This document shows positions 1 to 8,908 of a DNA stretch of 64,000 bases, in pieces. The stretch's first letter is position 1. The number at the start of each line of letters is the position of its first letter. Location of the stretch: sequence record MZ622713.1; one strand, written 5' to 3'. The notes under the pieces were generated by a model. The model was not told where the DNA came from. It did not search any database and saw only the letters and a program-made list of their open reading frames with translations. A program made the translations under genes and the position numbers.

Positions 1-2
1 AA

Positions 3-1319
3 CCAGACCTACTTTACGATGTGAAGTTCTATGCCCCACCTAACTCTATCGTTAAGAACATTGAGGTGCGCTCAGAGCGTCTTAAAGACCGTTCTAACAA
101 CCGTCGTGTAGAGAAACCTAGTTATGCTCATACTAAGCTCCTAGAGCGTTATGAGGCCGAAGATAACAACATGTGGTATTCCTTGAAGATGTGGTACTTC
201 CAACAAATCAAGAAATACAACTCTGAAGATAAACTTCCGTTCACTCGTGAGCTGTTGGCGTTCATCTATCAGTCATTCGGCAACGTGACCAAAGACTACG
301 CGGTAAACAAACCTAACTTCACCAAACGTACTCACCGTAACAAGTCTTTGTTAGACTGGAACGTAAAAGTGACGTTGAAAGAAGATGTAGCGGGTAAAGT
401 GCGCTTTAAGTTGTCTGACCTTAACGGTGGTAAATCTGTTATTGTGAAGACCTTTAAGTACGAAGACGCTCCTGTAGATGACTACGGTCGTCGTGCAGAA
501 ATCATCGTGAACAATACACCTGCGTTCCGTCGTCAGATCTATGCGTCTTTGATGGAAGCTTCTATGAACTTCATTAACCTTAATGTCTTTGACGAGGTGA
601 TGAAACTAAGAGAAGAAGGTAAGTACCGAGAAGCGTTTAAGGCCTTGCTGAAGTTCTACGAAACAACCTCACCAGAGTTCTTTGAAATCGTTGACCGTGT
701 TGCTAGGACCGATGACCAATTCATGTTCGAACACGTTGACCACATTAAGAAGGAAGGAATGATTTCCATCCAGCGTCGTAGTGACTCTTGTGTGGTTGGT
801 GTAGAAGTGATTCGTCGTCTTTCAGAACAATACGGGCATTGGAAACCAACTCCGGTAACGTACACCAACGAATTAGGTGAACGTGAGCGGACACTGGAAC
901 CAGTAATCATCAGCAGCATGTACTATCTATTGCTTGATAAGTTTGGTACAGAGATGTCGTCGGAGTCATTCCCGAAACGTAACCTCTATGGCTTACCGGC
1001 TAAGCTTAATGCGAACGACAAATACAACAAATACTACCGTAGTAAGGTTGACCGTAACACTGGTGAAACCGAAGGTCGTATTGCTGTATCACATGAGGGT
1101 GGTGAAGAAACCGCTCGTATGTTGACGTTGGCTAACTCTCCGGAAGCTGCACGCATGGCAATCAAACGTATCGTCCGTAGTGATAACCCATTCTCCGTAC
1201 CGGAAGTGGTTAAGCGAGACGAGTACAAAACAAACCGTGCTCTTCAATTAAGCATGAATATGTTAACTGACGCTGGTTATGAATTAAGGACTGAAAATGA
1301 AAACGATCTCTCTTCGTGA
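3..1319 (+). CDS. rpoB: Non-virion RNA polymerase beta subunit, C-terminal part (phiKZ gp71-73-like); 5' end lies outside the window
   Basis: SSMYYLLLDK resembles the RpoB YxLKL motif and RNTGETEGR resembles RxGEME. The frame is open from base 3 (PDLLYDV...), so the GTG at 21 is not the true start. It sits directly before a beta'-C gene and a helicase, as in phiKZ. Confidence 0.88.
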   Translation, partial: PDLLYDVKFYAPPNSIVKNIEVRSERLKDRSNNRRVEKPSYAHTKLLERYEAEDNNMWYSLKMWYFQQIKKYNSEDKLPFTRELLAFIYQSFGNVTKDYAVNKPNFTKRTHRNKSLLDWNVKVTLKEDVAGKVRFKLSDLNGGKSVIVKTFKYEDAPVDDYGRRAEIIVNNTPAFRRQIYASLMEASMNFINLNVFDEVMKLREEGKYREAFKALLKFYETTSPEFFEIVDRVARTDDQFMFEHVDHIKKEGMISIQRRSDSCVVGVEVIRRLSEQYGHWKPTPVTYTNELGERERTLEPVIISSMYYLLLDKFGTEMSSESFPKRNLYGLPAKLNANDKYNKYYRSKVDRNTGETEGRIAVSHEGGEETARMLTLANSPEAARMAIKRIVRSDNPFSVPEVVKRDEYKTNRALQLSMNMLTDAGYELRTENENDLSS

Positions 1320-3282
1320 ATTCGCTAATTTATCGGAACACCAAGTTATCGGATGGCGTAAAGATCTAATCAAGGTCAAGGTGATCGACGATGAAGGTGA
1401 ATCTTTAGTCAGTACCACCTACGACCTCATTATGACGTGGTACGGTCTGGAACTCCATCGTCGCTATGAACATTTAGGTTTTCCATATTCAGTTAAGGAG
1501 ATCATTAACTGTAAAGTCTATAACGACGCTACGTTACAACGACCACTACAGTACATGTTAGACATCTTAATGGAACACGTTGGTGACCCAGTCGAAGCGG
1601 ATTTGATTAAACAAATCGTTTACGTTTGGCACTTTAAGATGAATAACATCTTGGTTTACCTCGGGTCTCCCGGGGTAATCTCAGCGACCGCTGAAGACGT
1701 AATGGAGGTTTTCAATCATCCTAAGATTGCAGACATCCGTGCGCGTTTAAGACGTGGCGAAATAACCTATGATGAAGCCGAGGAAGAATTCAAGCAAACT
1801 GTAATGCGTGAACCTACTCTGGACTTTTCTACTTTCATCATGCAGGCCCGTACTGGTGCGGTATCCATCAACCAAGGTTTCCAAACCTTTATCTCACGTG
1901 GTGCGTGTTTCGACTTGAACAACCGCATCATGCCGAACCCTATCGAACCGTCATTTGCTGAAGGTATTACTAACTTAGCAGATATCCTAGCTGAATCACG
2001 TTCAGCTGGTAAGGCACTGGTTTCGAATGGTAAGGCTTTGGAAGACTCGGAGTGGTTCCACCGTAAATTGCACTTAACCACATCTCCGGTGAAGGACATT
2101 GATCATTATCATGATTGTGCGACTAACACCACGATGCCGGTTGTACTGAAATCTAAGGAGTTAATCAACTCACTTCAAGGTAAGTACTTCCATGATGAAG
2201 AAGGACATCTTCGTCTAATTACCAGAAACGAAGTTAAGCGACTCAAAGTAGGGGAAACTATTAACATCCGTACTATGCAGTTCTGTCGTAACGAGAAAGC
2301 GCCTTGTGCGGTGTGTTATGGTCAGATGCGAATGTCGGTTCCTTACAACGTTATCATGCGTAAGTCGGCTAACCCGGGTATGTTGAGTGGCACTGCTGTA
2401 GCCGAACCTATCGGTCAAGGTATGTTGTCAACGAAACACTTCATGCGTCACGTTCAGGCGGTTCCGTTTACGGTAATGACTGGTGACCATGAATACATCA
2501 CTACCAATGGGGATGACATCTTCTTAAAACACGAGATGACGAAATGTGCTACTCGTATCCAACTTCCAGTGGCGATGGTTAATGAACTAACTGACCTACG
2601 TTCTATGGAAAACTTGGATGAAGTGCAAGATGACCAATTGACTTGTTTCCCTACGTTAACTTTAACGTACGAAATGGAAGACCCTATGTTGCCGGGAACT
2701 AAGACGGAAACTACGGTCCACTTGGATACTCAAGTCAGTTCTCGACAAGCTCGTATGTCGAAAGAGTTCATCGAGTACACCATGCGTAAAGGTTGGGAGA
2801 AAACCAAGAAATACATCGAGATCGACGTATCTGATTTTGATGCTGACTACCCACTGCTTACCCTACCTTATGTATATGAGGATTTGGATAAGTACCGTAG
2901 TGAGATTGAATCTTTCTTGGCATTATCTCGTCGTAATAAAGCATGGCGTGACACAGTCGTGACTCCTGAGTTCTTCGGTCAAGTCATGGTGGACTTCTGG
3001 TTGTTAATCAACCGTAAGTTCAAGAACATCAACATGGTTCATATCGAAACCTTATTACACAGTACTACTGCTGTGGCACCTAGTGAGGGATTGTATAGGT
3101 TGCCGGTGGGGGATGAACCTCGCTATTTCATTCCGTTTAAGAATGCGATAGAAAACCGAGGGTTTGGTTCTTTGTTGATCTACCAAGGTCAAAACAAAGT
3201 AATTGAATCTCCGTCTACGTTCTACATTAAAGAACGTCAGGCAACGGCAATGGAGTGTTTCTTTACTAACGCTGTTAACTAG
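1297..3282 (+). CDS. rpoC: Non-virion RNA polymerase beta' subunit, C-terminal part (phiKZ gp74-like)
   Basis: Bridge-helix-like ESRSAGKAL...SEWFHRKL, then DCAT, the Zn motif IRTMQFC...CAVCYG, and trigger-loop-like GTAVAEPIGQGMLSTKH. Confidence 0.9.
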   Translation: MKTISLREFANLSEHQVIGWRKDLIKVKVIDDEGESLVSTTYDLIMTWYGLELHRRYEHLGFPYSVKEIINCKVYNDATLQRPLQYMLDILMEHVGDPVEADLIKQIVYVWHFKMNNILVYLGSPGVISATAEDVMEVFNHPKIADIRARLRRGEITYDEAEEEFKQTVMREPTLDFSTFIMQARTGAVSINQGFQTFISRGACFDLNNRIMPNPIEPSFAEGITNLADILAESRSAGKALVSNGKALEDSEWFHRKLHLTTSPVKDIDHYHDCATNTTMPVVLKSKELINSLQGKYFHDEEGHLRLITRNEVKRLKVGETINIRTMQFCRNEKAPCAVCYGQMRMSVPYNVIMRKSANPGMLSGTAVAEPIGQGMLSTKHFMRHVQAVPFTVMTGDHEYITTNGDDIFLKHEMTKCATRIQLPVAMVNELTDLRSMENLDEVQDDQLTCFPTLTLTYEMEDPMLPGTKTETTVHLDTQVSSRQARMSKEFIEYTMRKGWEKTKKYIEIDVSDFDADYPLLTLPYVYEDLDKYRSEIESFLALSRRNKAWRDTVVTPEFFGQVMVDFWLLINRKFKNINMVHIETLLHSTTAVAPSEGLYRLPVGDEPRYFIPFKNAIENRGFGSLLIYQGQNKVIESPSTFYIKERQATAMECFFTNAVN

Positions 3283-3290
3283 GAGGTAAC

Positions 3291-4823
3291 ATGCGCTCTA
3301 CTGTAACTGTGTGGAAGGGCGGGACTTACCTAAGAATAACAGACTACAAAGCGCCGTTCGTGCAAGATGTCATTATGCCATTTTGTCGTCGGCGTTTATA
3401 TCGTTTAGGTCAGGTACCTATCCCGGGTACTCGACAGAAACGAACTGTAGTCACGCATTCTTTTGCTCGCATGAATAATGACCGAAGTGAATTCCGTATC
3501 TCAGCGGGCTTGTTAGACGACTTCATCCAGTTTATGGAAGGGGTGGGCTATAAAGAAGCGCGCGTGAAGATTAAAGATGAACCGGTCATTAAAGGGAAAG
3601 ACGTTGAGTTCAAATGGAAAGAGGGTTGGGGTGAGCCTAGAGAGCATCAGGTAGATTGGTGTGAGTACCAATTGCAGGATGGTCCAGTTAAGGTGAACAA
3701 CGCCCAGACAGGCGACGGTAAGTCGTTCATGGCGACGCATACCATGGTGAATACCGGTAAGCGTACCTTGATCACTTGTTTGCCTCGTTATGTGTCCATT
3801 TGGCTTGAGTCTCTTGGGAATTCTGTTGAGCTATTTCCTGAAGACATTATGTTGGTGGGGAACGGAAAGATCGAAGAAGCGGCTGAGACTATTAAGTCCG
3901 GTCGAGCTGACCCTAAGATCGTTATCCTTCCCCTTACTCGCTATGATACTTATCTTAAGCGGGAACGTGAAGAAGACATCCCTTGTTTGGATGAAGTCTT
4001 TACCGACATGGAAATTGGTCTAAGGATTATGGATGAAGCGCACGAGGATATCTATCGTGTGTACATGTCTATGTTGTTCGGCAACTTTGAGAAAACCATC
4101 GCGTTGTCCGCTACCTTAAAAGCAGATGACCCGTTCGTGAATGACATCTATCGTTATGTCTATCCGTTCAAGATGCGTCTCAAAGAGCCAGAGTACAAGA
4201 AGTACATTGACGTTATTGCATATCACCATTACATCGATATGCAGAAATACCGTATCAACACCAAAGGATTTGGTGGGTATTCTCACGTTAAGTACGAACA
4301 GGCCATTATGAAGACCCCTAAACTCTATGAGCAATACTTAGAGTTATGTAAGCAAGCCTTTGAAGAATTCTACGTGAACGATCACAAAGAAGGACAGAAG
4401 TGTTTGTGGTTCTTTAGCACGGTAGAGATGGCGACTCGAATGAAGAACGATTTCGAAGAAGCCTACCCAGACATGGACATCTGGAAATTTACCAACGCTG
4501 AGTCTAAGAACAAAGAAACGGAAATGTCCTACATGGAACACCAAGTGGTCTTCACTACGCCGCAGTCCTGTGGTACTGGTAAAGATATCCCAGACTTGGC
4601 TGTGTCGTTCAGTCCGTATGCTTGTTCATCTAGACAACGTAATGACCAAATGTTAGGTCGTACCCGTCCGTTGAAAAACTACCCGGGTGATGATCCTAAG
4701 TTCGTCTACTTCGTGTGTAACTCTATTCCTAAGCAAAAAGAGTACCACCAAAAACGAAAAGAATTGTTTGCGGTTAAATCCAAAACCCACCGTAACATCA
4801 ATTCATTCCACCACATTGTTTAG
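3291..4823 (+). CDS. Superfamily 2 DExH helicase (phiKZ gp75-like)
   Basis: Walker A AQTGDGKS, motif II DEAH, motif III ALSAT, motif VI QMLGRTR; GGAGG RBS upstream. Confidence 0.92.
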   Translation: MRSTVTVWKGGTYLRITDYKAPFVQDVIMPFCRRRLYRLGQVPIPGTRQKRTVVTHSFARMNNDRSEFRISAGLLDDFIQFMEGVGYKEARVKIKDEPVIKGKDVEFKWKEGWGEPREHQVDWCEYQLQDGPVKVNNAQTGDGKSFMATHTMVNTGKRTLITCLPRYVSIWLESLGNSVELFPEDIMLVGNGKIEEAAETIKSGRADPKIVILPLTRYDTYLKREREEDIPCLDEVFTDMEIGLRIMDEAHEDIYRVYMSMLFGNFEKTIALSATLKADDPFVNDIYRYVYPFKMRLKEPEYKKYIDVIAYHHYIDMQKYRINTKGFGGYSHVKYEQAIMKTPKLYEQYLELCKQAFEEFYVNDHKEGQKCLWFFSTVEMATRMKNDFEEAYPDMDIWKFTNAESKNKETEMSYMEHQVVFTTPQSCGTGKDIPDLAVSFSPYACSSRQRNDQMLGRTRPLKNYPGDDPKFVYFVCNSIPKQKEYHQKRKELFAVKSKTHRNINSFHHIV

Positions 4824-4831
4824 AACTAAAA

Positions 4832-4864
4832 AATATCGACCTGAATTTATTTCAGGTCGATATT
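4832..4864. terminator. 14-bp inverted repeat after the helicase; terminator-like, overlapping a promoter-like motif
   Basis: AATATCGACCTGAA-tttat-TTCAGGTCGATATT; A-run on the left but no clear U-tract on the right. Confidence 0.55.
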
Positions 4865-4874
4865 ATCTAAGTGT
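4846..4874 (+). promoter_or_regulatory. Putative early (virion RNAP) promoter
   Basis: TTCAGGTCGATATTATCTAAGTGT matches the motif at 12442 (TTCAAGTCTATATAGTCTAGGTGT) at 19 of 24 positions. Confidence 0.5.
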
Positions 4875-4888
4875 TACAGGAGACCATC

Positions 4889-5242
4889 ATGAAAGAAACA
4901 AATCGCGTCGTTAAACTAAACCTATCAATCAACCAAACTTATTTTAGTCTTTTTAAGGAGCAAGAATCATTAAAGTTTCTGGCTAATATGTTCCTTAAAG
5001 ATTATCCTAACCAAACAAACCCGACAATTGCTCACGGCGAAATCCCAGAGTGGAAAGAAGAGTTGTTGGAATCACTGCATAGTTTGCTTAAAACTGAAGA
5101 CGAAGGTCGTTTGTTTGGAAACCAACTTATTGTTAACTTCTCAGAAGGTTATGCTTTAGAAGAAACGCAAACCGCGAAAAACTTCGTAAGTATGACGTTC
5201 AGTCTTAAACAGGAAGCCGAACATGACGAGCAGGGTAGCTAA
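4889..5242 (+). CDS. Hypothetical protein
   Basis: ORF; ATG at 4889 follows a GGAG RBS and is preferred over the GTG at 4871. Confidence 0.75.
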   Translation: MKETNRVVKLNLSINQTYFSLFKEQESLKFLANMFLKDYPNQTNPTIAHGEIPEWKEELLESLHSLLKTEDEGRLFGNQLIVNFSEGYALEETQTAKNFVSMTFSLKQEAEHDEQGS

Positions 5243-5669
5243 ACCTGTAAACGTATACGCCAACATTAAGAATGATTGGGGATACCCAGATGAAGTATTT
5301 GAAATAGTGGTTGATCATCTCTGTTCATTATTGACCTCGACCAAAATGAACCCGGAGGAGATCTATGAAGATTTACACATCACAGTCCACCAAATGCTTG
5401 ATGTGAGTTACAACCCGAAAATCCACGATAAGCCTTTAGACTATATCGTTATGACTAACATAGAAAACACTTTCTTAGAAACCGTTGATCTAAGTAAAGA
5501 TTTGTTAGACTTAACACTGGAAGATCATGATGACCTTAAAGGGGTCTACATGGCTAATATATCGGATGTCGAATACGTCATGATGTCTCCCAATCGAGCG
5601 TTGTTGTGTGTTACCATTATTCCACCCGGAGATTGGTTATGGAAACAAACACCGACTCAAAATACCTAA
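5223..5669 (+). CDS. Hypothetical acidic protein
   Basis: 148-aa ORF overlapping both neighbours in operon fashion. Confidence 0.75.
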   Translation: MTSRVAKPVNVYANIKNDWGYPDEVFEIVVDHLCSLLTSTKMNPEEIYEDLHITVHQMLDVSYNPKIHDKPLDYIVMTNIENTFLETVDLSKDLLDLTLEDHDDLKGVYMANISDVEYVMMSPNRALLCVTIIPPGDWLWKQTPTQNT

Positions 5670-6049
5670 CGGTTCCGTTTATCCACGTAATCCCTAATAA
5701 CGAGCACATCTCTCAAGAGTGTTACTATCGTATCATCGAATGCGGGCTTACGGATATTTACACCTTTGGGTCTTATCAACCAACCATACTTGCCAAGGTA
5801 GTGGAAAATGTTATGGATGAAATGCAAGGTCTACATACCAACCTTGCTTTCTCAGGTGCCTTTGATGAAGTCTATGGGGATTTATACTCATTCCTTGAAG
5901 ACTTCCTCATGGACCCGATAAACCATGATTCACTATCAGCTTTAACAACTCTTTCAGGAGCAGGAAGTATCTGGGGTGTTCAAAATTCCCCAACACTGTC
6001 TAACATTATATTGTTAGTAAAATTTCCTGCAACTCTCGTAAATCCATAA
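5639..6049 (+). CDS. Hypothetical acidic protein
   Basis: ATG at 5639 has GGAG 7 nt upstream and is preferred over the GTG at 5606. Confidence 0.75.
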   Translation: METNTDSKYLTVPFIHVIPNNEHISQECYYRIIECGLTDIYTFGSYQPTILAKVVENVMDEMQGLHTNLAFSGAFDEVYGDLYSFLEDFLMDPINHDSLSALTTLSGAGSIWGVQNSPTLSNIILLVKFPATLVNP

Positions 6050-6067
6050 TTAAAAAGGACACATCCC

Positions 6068-6508
6068 ATGCAATACAACCTAATGGGCGAACCATCAGTA
6101 TTAAACAAAGTTAACGAAGTTCTTGTTCACTCAGTTCAAACTATTTTCTTCAACTTGGTCTTGGAAGATCTGGCCGATAAACGTCGTCTAGCTCTTGGTG
6201 GTGAACCACCTATTGGTGAAGATGAAGACTACGACCCAGAACAAGAACGCGCTGAGCGTATTGAAAACTTCGTGGAAGGTGTGTTGGGTGATCGTCCTGA
6301 CGACCGTACTGAAGAAGAACATCAATCTATGCTGGACTCGCTAACGGAAGATGTTACTGAACTGTTTGACTCAGTTACAGAAACCTTCCTTAACAACCCA
6401 GACAACACTGACCAGCTGGACATCCTTGCAAACCAAGACCTAAGCATCGCTCGAGACCTTACATGGACTACGGGTGGCAATGGTGGTTTCGTGTTCATCT
6501 TTAAATAG
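6068..6508 (+). CDS. Hypothetical, very acidic protein
   Basis: AAGGA RBS; D/E-rich central region; followed by a terminator. Confidence 0.8.
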   Translation: MQYNLMGEPSVLNKVNEVLVHSVQTIFFNLVLEDLADKRRLALGGEPPIGEDEDYDPEQERAERIENFVEGVLGDRPDDRTEEEHQSMLDSLTEDVTELFDSVTETFLNNPDNTDQLDILANQDLSIARDLTWTTGGNGGFVFIFK

Positions 6509-6518
6509 TAGATGCGAA

Positions 6519-6573
6519 TATAACTCCGTACTCCCTAGGGAGTACGGAGTTATAACTATTCTTTATTTTTTTT
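6519..6573 (+). terminator. Rho-independent terminator built on a perfect 36-bp palindrome
   Basis: TATAACTCCGTACTCCCT|AGGGAGTACGGAGTTATA followed by a T-rich tract. Confidence 0.8.
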
Positions 6574-6579
6574 AGGTGT

Positions 6580-6608
6580 AAAAAATAGGGGGTGGCTGCA
6601 CACCCCCA
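6580..6608 (-). terminator. Rho-independent terminator for the virion RNAP gene
   Basis: GGGGGTG-gctgca-CACCCCC stem, with an A-run on the plus strand giving a U-tract on the minus strand. Confidence 0.7.
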
Positions 6609-6679
6609 ATCAGGCTAAGTCCAAGTTGGAACGAAGCAACACCATCAGAAAGACATAACAATGTCATGTCATATAATGG

Positions 6680-7978
6680 TTACTCGAACAATTCAGCGAG
6701 CGTGTAGGACTTAACCGACATAGAGCTCACGTGCATGCCCTTCATACGTTGAAGCATGAAACCGGTAGCAATATCGGAACATTCCATTGAAAGTGCGTCA
6801 GCGGCTTCTGAGAGCGCGTCACCCACACATACTTTACAGTAGTTACCTTCGGAAGTACCACAAACGTTAGGCGTACGGAATTTAAGATCACTACCCACTA
6901 GGTTGTTCTCGACACCCATCCAACGTTTCAACTCACCAGAAGCACTCACGTAATAAGAACCAACCCAAAGCTTCATTTGGTCTTCGGTCATATGTACGTC
7001 TTCGTACACTGCGGTCTTACAGTCTTCTTCCGGAATAGTGATACGAGAAGTCAAACGTTGAATATCTTTAACCGCTGCACCACCTTCACCTGTCGCTTTA
7101 CCACGGTCATAAGAACCAGCAATCGAGGTGTTGATGTACATCTCAAGACGGTCGACATCCCAACCATCATCCAGAGATTTACTCAAGAAGGTGTATTCAC
7201 CCGTATTCCAGTCTTGCTCAGCACCGAATGCGATGAACATACGTTTACGGGCGTTATCAATAAACTTCTTGTTAATGAAGAAGTCTTTCGAATCACCGTT
7301 AAGCTGAATCTCCATGTCCTTGGCTACCAACTGGTCGATAATCCAAGAAGCTTTAATTGGGTCGTGTAAGGAATCAGGGTGCTCTTCCAACAGCTTAGCT
7401 TTGAACTTCAATAGTTCAGGGTCTACCGTTAGAGCTTGAACAGAAGCAGCCTTACAGAAAACGTTATTCAATCCCATCAGGTAGTTGAACTGTTTCGTGA
7501 CCTTATGACAATCGTCAACACTACACTTGCCCGGAGGAACGACTTCACCTTCTTCTGGGTTATCCACCATCACGGTACTGATGATTTTCTTTACATCACC
7601 ACCGTTCATGGATTTGTTGTGATAAGGAGTGTTGTCCTTTAAAGCTTCATAGAACACAACGCGGTTGACTAACAAAATCCCAAGGGTGGTTTCTAGGGGC
7701 TCTTTGACACGTGGGTCGAAGTCTGCATCGATAGTAATGCGTTCGTCCTTATAACAAAAAGGACCGCTTAAATCGCCTTCTACGCGCTCTGTGGAGCCAT
7801 CTTCTTTAAAGAAGTAATAACCCTCTTCATCGCGATGAAGTGCAAACTTGATCTTACTTAAAATACGTTTTGTATCTTCACCATCAGAGAGCTTGGTAAA
7901 CACACTCAGCAACCAAGCCTTCTTTTGATAGCAACGCATTTTGAAACAGAGTTTGAGATACTCATGCTTCGTTATCAT
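6680..7978 (-). CDS. rpoC: Virion RNA polymerase beta' subunit, middle fragment (phiKZ gp80-like)
   Basis: TTLGILLVN, GSYDRGKATGEGG (bridge-helix region), EEDCKT, and the Zn motif FRTPNVC...YCKVCVG; AAGGAG RBS 6 nt before the ATG at 7978. Confidence 0.88.
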   Translation of the reverse strand: MITKHEYLKLCFKMRCYQKKAWLLSVFTKLSDGEDTKRILSKIKFALHRDEEGYYFFKEDGSTERVEGDLSGPFCYKDERITIDADFDPRVKEPLETTLGILLVNRVVFYEALKDNTPYHNKSMNGGDVKKIISTVMVDNPEEGEVVPPGKCSVDDCHKVTKQFNYLMGLNNVFCKAASVQALTVDPELLKFKAKLLEEHPDSLHDPIKASWIIDQLVAKDMEIQLNGDSKDFFINKKFIDNARKRMFIAFGAEQDWNTGEYTFLSKSLDDGWDVDRLEMYINTSIAGSYDRGKATGEGGAAVKDIQRLTSRITIPEEDCKTAVYEDVHMTEDQMKLWVGSYYVSASGELKRWMGVENNLVGSDLKFRTPNVCGTSEGNYCKVCVGDALSEAADALSMECSDIATGFMLQRMKGMHVSSMSVKSYTLAELFE

Positions 7979-8879
7979 CACTCACTCCTTTAGGTAAATT
8001 AATTTGGTCAGCAAGTTTCTCTGCGCGGTACAACAAAGTCACTTCCTCCACGTTCTCTTCGATCACTTGTTTAATTTGATCCCAGAAACGATCGTTAGGG
8101 GTTTCACTGATTAAAGAGAAACCGAAGAGTTCTTTGATGTAGTGCTCAGGGGATGTCTTCATTGCCGCATCAAGTTCAAGCGCATAGAAACCTAGTAAGG
8201 TTAAGAACCCCATACCAATCTGACCATTGTTGCGTACGTGCTTAGCAGCCACCGTGCCGTCCAAGAAGCCCACGTTAGTTTTAATACGCAACTTAACAAA
8301 CTCAGGAACTTCAGGAGTGCCGTCAGATACAATCAGACTGATACGCAGAGTTTCCATTAAGTACTCAGAACACTCAAGGATAAGATACTCAAGATCTTCG
8401 ATTACTTTCTCAGTTGGATGGTAGTCGTAAATCTTGCGGAACAATTCAATGAATCGATCTTTAGGAGCTAAATCGGATTGTTCAAGAATAAGGCTGAGAC
8501 CTTGCAAATCTTCGTAACCATTGAGCAAATAAATCACATCAGTAATTTGATACAGCACATCCAACTTATTAGGTTCAACGTACTCTAAATCGATAGTGAT
8601 ACCAAATTTTACTAATTGCTCAATTATATTGTTTAGTAAGAGCTCTAGTATTACTGCTTTTTGTTCAACGACTGCCGAGTCTTCATCTGTAAGTATGTTA
8701 GCGATGGTTTGTGCTAAAACACCTTCTTCATCAGCCAACGCTAGTAAAGTATAGACTCGTTGAATTAACTCCGCGTTTTCTGGAGTAATGTTGCGAGAGT
8801 AAGTCTCCCAAATACCGCCTAGATCTTTAGTTAATAAATCCACGTTGGTTAAATCCATCGCAGGAATCATATCGTTCAT
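7962..8879 (-). CDS. Hypothetical protein, co-oriented with the vRNAP gene
   Basis: 305-aa ORF with AAGAGG RBS; overlaps the start of the vRNAP gene. Confidence 0.8.
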   Translation of the reverse strand: MNDMIPAMDLTNVDLLTKDLGGIWETYSRNITPENAELIQRVYTLLALADEEGVLAQTIANILTDEDSAVVEQKAVILELLLNNIIEQLVKFGITIDLEYVEPNKLDVLYQITDVIYLLNGYEDLQGLSLILEQSDLAPKDRFIELFRKIYDYHPTEKVIEDLEYLILECSEYLMETLRISLIVSDGTPEVPEFVKLRIKTNVGFLDGTVAAKHVRNNGQIGMGFLTLLGFYALELDAAMKTSPEHYIKELFGFSLISETPNDRFWDQIKQVIEENVEEVTLLYRAEKLADQINLPKGVSDDNEA

Positions 8880-8908
8880 AATAACCTCTTAATCAGAAGG
8901 AACATAAA

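Noticed and set aside
6575-6670. Possible 31-codon minus-strand ORF or small RNA downstream of the vRNAP gene
   Set aside because: No RBS, and it runs through the terminator stem; best read as a 3' UTR.
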